The position numbers were made by a program, and so were the translations under genes. From Desulfotalea psychrophila LSv54 (GTDB lineage: Bacteria > Desulfobacterota > Desulfobulbia > Desulfobulbales > Desulfocapsaceae), in the NCBI RefSeq assembly GCF_000025945.1, contig NC_006138.1:90001-122000 (forward strand): a DNA stretch of 32,000 nucleotides, in the 5' to 3' direction. The notes beneath the pieces were generated by a model. That model did no database searches and was not told the origin of the DNA. It worked only from the letters and a program-made list of their open reading frames with translations. Below are positions 16,876 to 24,610 of this stretch, in pieces. The number at the start of each line of letters is the position of its first letter. Position 1 is the stretch's first letter.

Positions 16876-18198
16876 TTAATTCTTTCGAGGAATGAGCAAG
16901 GAAATCGTTACACAGATAAAGAGCATCATGCAGTAGTAAACATTGCTGACCACGGTGAGGGGAGAAATTTTAAAAATCGATGCCGCCAACAGAATTTGCG
17001 CCCCCCAAGGAATAAATCCCTGGCAGATACAGGCAAAGATATCCAAGGTCCCCGCCGCCCGCTTTGGTTCAACCCCATTTTCCTTGGCAATATTTTTCGC
17101 CACACTACCTGTAACCAGAATAGAAACGGTATTATTGGCTGTACAGAGATTTGTCAGAAAGGCCAATACCCCGATTCCCGCCTCGGCTATAGCCGTACCG
17201 CCCTTACCTGAGGCTACACGCTTAATCCCCGCCGAAACCATTTTTTCCAGGGCAAGAAGACCACCCTGGGCCTTCATTAACTCGCCCAATCCACCAATAA
17301 AGATAGAGAGAATAAATATCTCCTGCATTCCGGTAAAACCATTATAGATCTCTTTTACATAGATCAAGAGGGTAAAGTCTGGACTCATCCAAAAACCTGC
17401 AGCGCCTGCCAAGATTATTCCAGAGAGCAAGACGGCAAATACATTGACCCCGGAAACAGCCATAACCAGAATAGCAAGATAGGGCAGGGCAAGAAAGAGA
17501 GAGTTATCCCCAGCCACCTGAGGAGTAGCAGTACCCTGAGACTGAAAGAGAAGAATAATAATAGTAATAATCGCCGCAGGCAGGGCCACAGCCACATTGA
17601 CCCGAAACTTATCCTTCATTTCACAGCCCTGGGTTCTGGTGGCGGCAATGGTGGTATCAGAAATAATAGAGAGGTTATCACCAAACATGGCACCACTCAT
17701 CACAGCACCTGCTGTCAAAGGCAGAGAAAGCCCGGCTTCCCCAGCAATACCGAGGGCAATAGGGGCCAGGGCAGCAATGGTTCCCATGGAGGTACCCATG
17801 GCTGTGGAAATAAGAGCACCCACAACAAAAAGTCCCGGCAGCAAGAAGGATGCAGGAATTACTGAAATTGCCAAGCCGACAACGGCATCAACCCCACCCG
17901 TTGCCTTGGCAACAGAGCTAAAGCCACCGGCGAGGAGGTAGATCATGCACATAGCCATAATATCACTATGCCCTGCCCCCTGCAGGAATCTCTCCACCGA
18001 TGCGCCCAATTTTTCCCGAGAGAGAAAAAGTGAGAGAATGATAGCAGGAAGGGCAGCAACAGGTGCAGCTACCTGATAAAAGGCAAAGCTTGTACCCTGA
18101 CTTTGAAAGTAGATACCACTACCAACAAAGATGGTGAGAAAAAGCCCCAAGGGGAGAAGAGCCCGAAAATGGGGCTGAGAAGAAATATTTTTGTCCAC
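16876..18198 (-). CDS. nhaC: Na+/H+ antiporter NhaC family protein
   Basis: 440-aa ORF with 11-12 hydrophobic helices and NhaC-type segments (GGFSSVAKATGGVDAVV, MGTSMGTIAALAPIALGIA, FGDNLSIISDTTIAA). GTG start with a GAGG RBS. Confidence 0.88.
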   Translation of the reverse strand: MDKNISSQPHFRALLPLGLFLTIFVGSGIYFQSQGTSFAFYQVAAPVAALPAIILSLFLSREKLGASVERFLQGAGHSDIMAMCMIYLLAGGFSSVAKATGGVDAVVGLAISVIPASFLLPGLFVVGALISTAMGTSMGTIAALAPIALGIAGEAGLSLPLTAGAVMSGAMFGDNLSIISDTTIAATRTQGCEMKDKFRVNVAVALPAAIITIIILLFQSQGTATPQVAGDNSLFLALPYLAILVMAVSGVNVFAVLLSGIILAGAAGFWMSPDFTLLIYVKEIYNGFTGMQEIFILSIFIGGLGELMKAQGGLLALEKMVSAGIKRVASGKGGTAIAEAGIGVLAFLTNLCTANNTVSILVTGSVAKNIAKENGVEPKRAAGTLDIFACICQGFIPWGAQILLAASIFKISPLTVVSNVYYCMMLFICVTISLLIPRKN

Positions 18199-18263
18199 TA
18201 CGCTACCTCAACATTTTATATAATATGTAGATTCTCCTTTAACAAAACCGACAAGAAGAAATC

Positions 18264-18327
18264 CTCTATAACAGCTCTTTTCGCATAAGTAAAATATCTT
18301 CTTATATCTTTATAACACGCTTTTCGC
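18264..18327 (-). promoter_or_regulatory. Two tandem ~20-nt direct repeats, each containing an extended -10-like element (TGtTATAAA / TGtTATAGA), candidate nhaC promoters
   Basis: On the minus strand: gcgaaaagcgTGtTATAAAg (18308-18327) and gcgaaaagagcTGtTATAGAg (18264-18284). About 18/21 positions match. They lie 60-110 nt upstream of the nhaC GTG. Confidence 0.4.
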
Positions 18328-19054
18328 TAGCAAAAAGACAAGAAAAGGCACACAAAGTCATATCGCCCCCAAAGCGATCTCGCCGAAGAGAACAGTATAA
18401 GTAAAAGAGGGAACAATCCTCCCTTAGCAAAGGGCAAGGGACAAGAAGAGATACAAATACCTGTGCTATTGATATTCGCTTCTCTATCGCAAGCAGCCTC
18501 CCAGGGAACAAAGAGAGGAGAAGATATCTTGCCAATAGCCAGCGCTAACGAAAAGAGCAGGCTCCCATTTTCAAGTAAGAAAAAAGAGGTCTCCCTGCAC
18601 CTCCTCTGGCAAAGGGACATTTTGGCAAAAGAATCTGCTAGGCAGGATGAGGATTTACTGCCAGGCTGAGGAGGCTTTACTGTCAGCTGGTGATAGTTGC
18701 AGAGCCAGGGGCGCTCCACAGTCCTCTCAAATAGGCTAAAACGGTCCTAGTCAAACGAAGACCGCAAAAAGATACCAATGGTCGCATATCCAGACGAAGG
18801 GACCATGAGAGGACATAGGCGGGCAGAAAGAAGATTATTGCCCCCAGAGAGAATGGCATCTAGTAACAGGCACAGGGATGAGCAGGGCCACCCACCATCA
18901 CTTGACAGAGGCAGAACAAGAGTAGGGGGCGCCTCACCCCATACAAACGGGCGCAAACGGCACAGGAGAAACGGAGAGCAAAAAAGCGACATGGAGTCAC
19001 GTGGGCAGAAAAGAAGGCTGTGAGAAGGAATGGGCGGGGAGGCAAACGGAGGGC

Positions 19055-19090
19055 AAAAAAAAAGCTCCAAATCATTTCTGATTTGGAGCT
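19055..19090 (-). terminator. Rho-independent terminator after tRNA-Leu copy A
   Basis: 12-bp perfect stem agctccaaatca / tgatttggagct with a 4-nt loop. On the minus strand it is followed by 9 T (A-run at 19055-19063 on the plus strand). Confidence 0.8.
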
Positions 19091-19121
19091 TTCCAGGATC
19101 TTGGTGAAGATCCTTTAAATT

Positions 19122-19206
19122 TGGTGCCGAAGGTCGGGGTCGAACCGACATGGGTTGCCCCACACGACCCTCAATCGTGCGCGTCTACCAATTCCACCAC
19201 TTCGGC
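19122..19206 (-). tRNA. tRNA-Leu (anticodon GAG), copy A, with encoded CCA
   Basis: The minus strand reads GCCGAAGTGGTGGAATTGGTAGACGCGCACGATTGAGGGTCGTGTGGGGCAACCCATGTCGGTTCGACCCCGACCTTCGGCACCA. Acceptor GCCGAAG/CTTCGGC, D-loop AATTGGTAGAC, anticodon stem CACGA/TCGTG with loop TTGAGGG, a long variable arm, and T-arm GTCGG-TTCGACC-CCGAC. It aligns well with E. coli Leu tRNAs. Confidence 0.92.
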
Positions 19207-19277
19207 ACACAAAATTGTGTGTTCTTTTTGCTGTGAGCTGAACTCATTTTTTACTGCTCACCGTTGCTACGAGGACC

Positions 19278-19306
19278 TTTATACACAATCAGAAAAGAGC
19301 TGTCAA
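19278..19306 (-). promoter_or_regulatory. Near-consensus sigma70-type promoter (TTGACA-17 nt-TATAAA) in the spacer between the two tRNA-Leu copies
   Basis: On the minus strand: TTGACAgctcttttctgattgtgTATAAA. tgtcaa is at 19301-19306 and tttata at 19278-19283 on the plus strand. A/T-rich sequence lies upstream. It would transcribe copy A with a leader of about 65 nt. Confidence 0.55.
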
Positions 19307-19378
19307 CAAAATAAATACTCTTTTATTTCATTTAATCTTCTTTTATAACAAGAGATTAGCAAAGGCATGATTCAAGGT

Positions 19379-19414
19379 AAAAAAAAAGCTCCAAATCATT
19401 TCTGATTTGGAGCT
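19379..19414 (-). terminator. Rho-independent terminator after tRNA-Leu copy B
   Basis: Same 12-bp stem, loop and T-run as copy A, shifted by 324 bp. Confidence 0.8.
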
Positions 19415-19445
19415 TTCCAGAATCTTGGTGAAGATCCTTTAAATT

Positions 19446-19530
19446 TGGTGCCGAAGGTCGGGGTCGAACCGACATGGGTTGCCCCACACGACCCTCAATC
19501 GTGCGCGTCTACCAATTCCACCACTTCGGC
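19446..19530 (-). tRNA. tRNA-Leu (anticodon GAG), copy B, with encoded CCA
   Basis: Sequence identical to copy A. It starts 16 nt after the secG stop codon. Confidence 0.92.
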
Positions 19531-19546
19531 ACACAAAATTGTGTGT

Positions 19547-19882
19547 TTATTCTTTTACAGCAGGTACATCTGATACAGCTGGAGTTGCAACCTTGCTCTC
19601 TTGCACCGCCGGCGTAGTAATAACGTTCTCCATCACAGAGCCTGAACCAGACTGAGATGATATAAACGCTAAAGCCATAGATGTCAACATAAAAATAATA
19701 GCAATAGCAGTCGTAAGCTTATTAAGCAGTGGCACAGGCCCTTCGGACCCAAAAAGGGATTGACTAGAACCACCACCGCCAAAAGCCGCACCCGCATCAG
19801 CACCCTTACCGTGTTGAAGTAAAACAACTCCAATCAGGAAGAGACAAACAACAACATGTGCAATTGTTAGGAGAGTATCCAT
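19547..19882 (-). CDS. secG: Preprotein translocase subunit SecG
   Basis: 111-aa ORF. The N-terminal TM helix followed by LLQHGKGADAGAAFGGGGSSQSLFGSEG is the SecG signature. A second TM helix follows. Confidence 0.9.
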   Translation of the reverse strand: MDTLLTIAHVVVCLFLIGVVLLQHGKGADAGAAFGGGGSSQSLFGSEGPVPLLNKLTTAIAIIFMLTSMALAFISSQSGSGSVMENVITTPAVQESKVATPAVSDVPAVKE

Positions 19883-19898
19883 GTCGTATTACAAACCC

Positions 19899-20654
19899 TT
19901 ATTCAAAATTAATTATGCGAGCAAAAGATATACTATCTAAAGCCGCGCCACCTACTAAGGCTCCATCGATATCCTGTTGGGACATCAACTCGTCTACATT
20001 GGTTGCTTTAACCGAGCCACCATACAATATACGCAGTCCTTCCGCAATATCTTTTTCATATATTTCTGAAATTAATTGCCGCAGGGCAGCGTGTGTTTCC
20101 TGAACCTGCTCCTTGCTTGCCGTGACTCCGGTGCCAATTGCCCAGACAGGTTCATAGGCAAGAACAACCTGTTTCATCTGGGAAGCAGGAACATCTGCAA
20201 GTCCCTTACGCACCTGTCTCTCAAGCACGGCCTGGGTATTGCCCGCCTCACGCTCCTCAAGGGTCTCGCCAATACATAAAATGCCCATCAAACCAAAGGC
20301 CAGAGCACCCTTTAAGCGTTTGTTAATCACCTCATCACTTTCAAAAAATACCTGGCGACGTTCAGAGTGGCCAACAATTGCACAGCTTGCCCCCGCATCT
20401 TGGAGCATAGTGGGAGAAATCTCTCCGGTAAAGGCACCCTTTTCTTCCCAGCAGACATTGTGCGACGAGAGGATAATCTTACTACCCGCAAGGATATGGG
20501 AGACTTCGCTTATTATTGTGCAGGGCGGTGCAAGAAGCACCTCTCTATCCGTATAATCCTTACAGGATGCAACAATTTCCGCTGCCAGACGACAACCTTC
20601 AAGCACCGTCATATGCATCTTCCAGTTCCCTGCAATCAAAGCCTTTCTCTTCAT
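19899..20654 (-). CDS. tpiA: Triose-phosphate isomerase
   Basis: 251-aa ORF with LIAGNWKMH, the IVGHSERR catalytic region, LAYEPVWAIGTG and YGGSVK. Confidence 0.95.
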   Translation of the reverse strand: MKRKALIAGNWKMHMTVLEGCRLAAEIVASCKDYTDREVLLAPPCTIISEVSHILAGSKIILSSHNVCWEEKGAFTGEISPTMLQDAGASCAIVGHSERRQVFFESDEVINKRLKGALAFGLMGILCIGETLEEREAGNTQAVLERQVRKGLADVPASQMKQVVLAYEPVWAIGTGVTASKEQVQETHAALRQLISEIYEKDIAEGLRILYGGSVKATNVDELMSQQDIDGALVGGAALDSISFARIINFE

Positions 20655-20748
20655 CTCTTCACCCTGTTATAGTTATTCTATATGGAGCTGGGAGGTTTAA
20701 CCTATCCCGCACCTCAAAATAGATTAAACCTTAACCTATTGATACCAG

Positions 20749-21927
20749 TTATGCTTCCAAGGCATCCACCCCAGGTAGGGTTTTCCCCTCCATCAACTGC
20801 AAGAAGGCCCCTCCACCGGTGGACATATAGGAGATATTATCTGCCTCGCCTGATTTCTTCACTGCGGCATTAGAATCCCCACCACCAGTGATCGAAAGCG
20901 CCTGCGAAGCGGCAACATCACGACAGAGACTCATGGTCCCTCCGGCAAAGGCATCCATCTCAAAAGCGCCCATGGGCCCATTCCAGACGATGGTACCGGC
21001 ACCCTGCAGGGCCTCTCGAAAGAGAATACTACTTGCCGGGCCGACATCGAGGGCCATCCAACCCTCCGGAACACTATCGGCGGGCACAGTCTTGTGCACC
21101 GCATCGGCGGCAAAACGATCTGCAACCACAAAATCAACGGGAAGATAGACCTTCATCCCCCGCTCCCCTGCTGCCTGCAGAAAATTCCTGGCGGTGACAA
21201 GCAGGTCATCCTCCACCTTTGAGGCACCAACATCGACGCCCTGACTCATTAAGAAGGTATTGGCCATGGCACCGCCAATAATCATCTTATCGACCTTACC
21301 AAGCATATTTTCCAGGGCACCTATCTTAGAGGAGACCTTGGCTCCACCCACCAGGGCCACCAGGGGACGAATGGGGTCATTCATCGATTTATGAAAATAA
21401 TCTATCTCTGTCTGCAGGAGAAAGCCGGCACATTTTTCAGCTACCCGCTCGGCAACTCCAACCACGGAGGCATGGGCTCGATGAGATACGGCAAAGGCAT
21501 CATTTACATAGACATCGGCAAGTCCTGCAAGCTTACCGGCAAAGACGGCATCATTTTCCGTTTCTTCGCCGTAAAAACGAAGGTTTTGCAAAAGAAGCAC
21601 CTCGCCTACGCCAAGGGCTGCCACCTGCGCCTCCACCTCAGCACCAATACAATCCGGAGCAATGCCGACATCTCTGCCTAGCAGACCTGCAAGATGACGG
21701 GCTATGGGAGCAAGACTATACTCCTCAACTCGCTTGCCCTTGGGCCTACCCATATGAGAACAGATAATTAAGCGGCCACCCTGTTCAAGCACATAGCGTA
21801 GGGTGGGAAGAACCATACGAATACGAATATCGTCGGTTATTCGTTGCTTATCATCCATCGGCACATTAAAATCCACCCGTACCAAGACTCGCTTACCGGC
21901 GAGTTCCAATTCACGTAACGACTTCAT
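20749..21927 (-). CDS. pgk: Phosphoglycerate kinase
   Basis: 392-aa ORF with KRVLVRVDFNVP, SHMGRPKG, AFAVSHRAHAS, GGAKVSSKI and WNGPMGAFE. Confidence 0.96.
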   Translation of the reverse strand: MKSLRELELAGKRVLVRVDFNVPMDDKQRITDDIRIRMVLPTLRYVLEQGGRLIICSHMGRPKGKRVEEYSLAPIARHLAGLLGRDVGIAPDCIGAEVEAQVAALGVGEVLLLQNLRFYGEETENDAVFAGKLAGLADVYVNDAFAVSHRAHASVVGVAERVAEKCAGFLLQTEIDYFHKSMNDPIRPLVALVGGAKVSSKIGALENMLGKVDKMIIGGAMANTFLMSQGVDVGASKVEDDLLVTARNFLQAAGERGMKVYLPVDFVVADRFAADAVHKTVPADSVPEGWMALDVGPASSILFREALQGAGTIVWNGPMGAFEMDAFAGGTMSLCRDVAASQALSITGGGDSNAAVKKSGEADNISYMSTGGGAFLQLMEGKTLPGVDALEA

Positions 21928-21956
21928 ACGTTTCTCCTTCTATATTGAGAAAAACA

Positions 21957-22397
21957 CTAATTATTAACAACTGTTTTTTTTAAAACCAAGGCATCATCGG
22001 CAGGATTCTGATAGTAATTCTTTCGCGTTCCCACCTGCTTAAAACCATTTTTAGCATAGAGACGACAGGCGGGAGTATTATGAGAACGTACCTCTAAAAA
22101 AATCTCACAGACATTCTGAGCCTCAAGGTGTGCCAGGGCCTCCTTCAACAACAGCTGCCCCAACCCTTGCCCTCTATGGCTTTTATCAATAGCAATTTTA
22201 AGCAGTTCTGCTTCAAAATCAAGCAAGGTCAGAGCGCACCAGCCAACAATCAGATTACCATCCAGCAAAACATATTGAAAACCACGAGGACAATTATATT
22301 CTTCGAGCAGGGATGAGGGCGACCAGGGCGAGGGGGATTGTGATTCAATCCTGACAACAGAATCAAGATCTGCAGGAAGCATGGCACGAAACAACAT
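21957..22397 (-). CDS. rimI: GNAT family N-acetyltransferase, RimI-like (ribosomal-protein-alanine acetyltransferase)
   Basis: 146-aa ORF. The acetyl-CoA motif HRGQGLGQLLL and the segments LEVRSHNTPACRLYAKNGFKQVGTRKNYY are typical of RimI. The specific substrate cannot be determined from sequence. Confidence 0.75.
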   Translation of the reverse strand: MLFRAMLPADLDSVVRIESQSPSPWSPSSLLEEYNCPRGFQYVLLDGNLIVGWCALTLLDFEAELLKIAIDKSHRGQGLGQLLLKEALAHLEAQNVCEIFLEVRSHNTPACRLYAKNGFKQVGTRKNYYQNPADDALVLKKTVVNN

Positions 22398-22445
22398 TTT
22401 TTTACCTCTAAAGGGCCCTACAGGGGATGCAGAGCCCTTTAAAAA

Positions 22446-23663
22446 TTAGATCATCTTAGCTGCTACCTGCTTAGTAAGATCTCCCAGCATATTGGTATAA
22501 CTAGCCAACTCATTATCATACCAACCGTAAACCACTGCCTGGGTCACGGGAACATCGAGGAGCGGACTCGCACCATCGACCAGAGAAGCACCTGCGACAT
22601 TATTCAGGTTCACCTGAATATTGGCGGTACGGGTATGGGTTTCGCTAGCTTCAATGACAGCTGCTGCCACCGGATATCCCATGATATCAGAAGAGACGTT
22701 CTGTTCCTCTGAATAACGCAGAAAGTTATTGATCTCGGAATACTCTTTATAGATACCGTTAATCAGATTACGCTTTATCCGCTCTTCCTTATCATCCTGG
22801 AGATTAAGGACAAGGATAATCAGTGAACCAGCCGCAGTAGGGACACGGACGGACTCTGCCATAAAACCAATGGAGGCCATCTCGGGAATAACAAGGGCAA
22901 GGGCCTTGGCTGCACCGGTTGTGGTCAGAATTATATTATTTAAAATCGATCGGTTTTTACGTAGATCCTGAGCACCGGCACCAGGCAAACGGTCAAGCAC
23001 CTGCTGGCTGCCCGTTGCGGCATGAACCGTAACCATAGAAGCACTCAGCACCCGGTCAGCACCCAAAGAGTCAAGCAAAGGCTTGATCATATAGGAAAGA
23101 CAGGTCGTGGTACAGGATGCCGCTGAAATGAGGGAGTGCTGCTGAGGATCATAACTCTCATCGTTAATGCCCGAAACAACCGTTACCGCATCTTCCGGCA
23201 TAACAAGTCCCTTCGACTTGATCTTAAACGGTGCTGAAAGAACAACCTTTTCAGCGCCGGATTGCATATGACCGCGCAGAGCGCCACGAGCAGAATCAGC
23301 ATCGGCTGTTGGATCGGTAAAGGCACCCGTACTATCCACAACAAGCTTAACACCATGCTCTTGCCAGCCAATTTCCCGTGGATTTCTCGCATTGCGCAAT
23401 ATTTTAACAGGGACACCATTTATCACCATGGTGCCTGCTGCTTCATTCAGTTCCTCAATTACTCGCCCACCATGACATCCATGCAGATAAGCTGCGAGAT
23501 TGCCAAAGGTTGAATCACGTTCAATAGAAGAAGCAAGATCGTGGAGGCCACCTCCAACTTCGCGACCAATATTCACCACTACTTCGGAAAAATTTTCATG
23601 GGCCACGTGATGCCATAGAGAAAGTTTCCCTATCCTTCCAAGTCCATTGATACCTAATTTCAT
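22446..23663 (-). CDS. gap: Glyceraldehyde-3-phosphate dehydrogenase, atypical long form (405 aa)
   Basis: The start is taken at ATG 23663, preceded by AAGGAG, giving MKLGINGLGRIGK (Rossmann GxGxxG). The catalytic region is SAASCTTTCL (canonical SCTTNC). TTGAAKA and WYDNE motifs are also present. The ORF track's upstream start at 23783 adds 40 residues with no RBS. Confidence 0.85.
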   Translation of the reverse strand: MKLGINGLGRIGKLSLWHHVAHENFSEVVVNIGREVGGGLHDLASSIERDSTFGNLAAYLHGCHGGRVIEELNEAAGTMVINGVPVKILRNARNPREIGWQEHGVKLVVDSTGAFTDPTADADSARGALRGHMQSGAEKVVLSAPFKIKSKGLVMPEDAVTVVSGINDESYDPQQHSLISAASCTTTCLSYMIKPLLDSLGADRVLSASMVTVHAATGSQQVLDRLPGAGAQDLRKNRSILNNIILTTTGAAKALALVIPEMASIGFMAESVRVPTAAGSLIILVLNLQDDKEERIKRNLINGIYKEYSEINNFLRYSEEQNVSSDIMGYPVAAAVIEASETHTRTANIQVNLNNVAGASLVDGASPLLDVPVTQAVVYGWYDNELASYTNMLGDLTKQVAAKMI

Positions 23664-23899
23664 AGCAGCGTTTCTCCTTTCTTTATAGAATGGAAACATA
23701 ATTGCAACTGCGCCTGCTGCTTTGCCATAAAGCCCAGTTGTACGATTAACAACACCTACGGTACAGCTAAAAGGCAATCTCAAAAACTACCTACTGTCTT
23801 ATCAAGAGCATATCACTCAGACCTGTCAGCGTGCCACCCTCTTTAGCACCAAGGCAATTGATATGCAATATAAATTTTACTTATAGAAGAGATACTTAT

Positions 23900-24610
23900 A
23901 TGGACTTCTCACAAGGACTCACCCCGGCAAGACTCATCAGAAGATATAAACGGTTTTTAGCGGATGTAGAGATCGAAGATGGTACGATCATAACAGTCTA
24001 CTGCCCCAATACGGGCACCATGCGTACCTGCTCAACACCTAACAGCCCCGTTATGCTCTCCATCTCCGACAACCCCAAGAGAAAATACGCCCACACCCTG
24101 GAGATGATCTTTGAAAATCACACTTGGATAGGAGTTAACACAGGGCGGACAAATAGCATCGTCGCAAAGGCCATTCTCAATGGCAGTATAGCTGAATTTT
24201 CTGGAGCTACCAAGGTGCAGCGAGAGATAACCGTCTCCAAGGGCAGTCGATTAGACCTCCTTGTAGACCATGCGGATCAAAAAAGCTATATTGAAATTAA
24301 AAATTGTTCCATGGCGGAAAATCGAAGGGCAATGTTCCCCGATGCAGTCACTGCCCGCGGCACAAAGCACCTACGAGAGCTTATCAAATTAGTGAAGCAA
24401 GGAGAAAATGCCTACATATTCTTTCTTATCCAACGAGAGGACGCCGATTCCTTCTCGCCGGCAACCCACATAGATCCCCTCTACGCCAACACGCTGAAAG
24501 AAGCACTGCAACAAGGAGTGCAGGCACTGGCCTACCAGGCAAGCGTCATTCTCCGAGCGCTTCCAATCATCCTCAACGGCAGTAACTCTCCTCACCTGCC
24601 ACAAAGGTAA
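23900..24610 (+). CDS. sfsA: Sugar fermentation stimulation protein SfsA (DNA/RNA nuclease-fold protein)
   Basis: 236 aa from ATG 23900. RLIRRYKRFLADVEIEDG...VYCPNTGTM and SRLDLLV...YIEIKNCS...FPDAVTARGTKHLRELI are SfsA family motifs. Confidence 0.87.
   Translation: MDFSQGLTPARLIRRYKRFLADVEIEDGTIITVYCPNTGTMRTCSTPNSPVMLSISDNPKRKYAHTLEMIFENHTWIGVNTGRTNSIVAKAILNGSIAEFSGATKVQREITVSKGSRLDLLVDHADQKSYIEIKNCSMAENRRAMFPDAVTARGTKHLRELIKLVKQGENAYIFFLIQREDADSFSPATHIDPLYANTLKEALQQGVQALAYQASVILRALPIILNGSNSPHLPQR

Larger units (their letters stand above)
19055..19223 (-). repeat. 169-bp repeat copy A (5' leader hairpin, tRNA-Leu, 3' hairpin, terminator)
   Basis: Identical to 19379-19547 apart from one substitution (19097 g versus 19421 a), at an offset of 324 bp. 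Confidence 0.9.
19379..19547 (-). repeat. 169-bp repeat copy B (5' leader hairpin, tRNA-Leu, 3' hairpin, terminator)
   Basis: See copy A. The upstream boundary coincides with the secG stop codon (19547-19549). Confidence 0.9.

Noticed and set aside
18327-19163. Long ORFs in the purine-skewed region (130 aa and 138 aa on the minus strand, 81 aa on the plus strand)
   Set aside because: Their amino-acid composition is dictated by the CT- or AG-rich strand. None has an RBS. One runs through the tRNA-Leu gene and its terminator. No protein motifs were recognised.
19055-19547. tRNA-Leu duplication as an attachment site of an integrated genomic island
   Set aside because: No integrase, phage or transposase genes are present on either side. 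The repeat is the whole tRNA module rather than a 3' tRNA fragment. The inter-copy spacer is only 155 bp.
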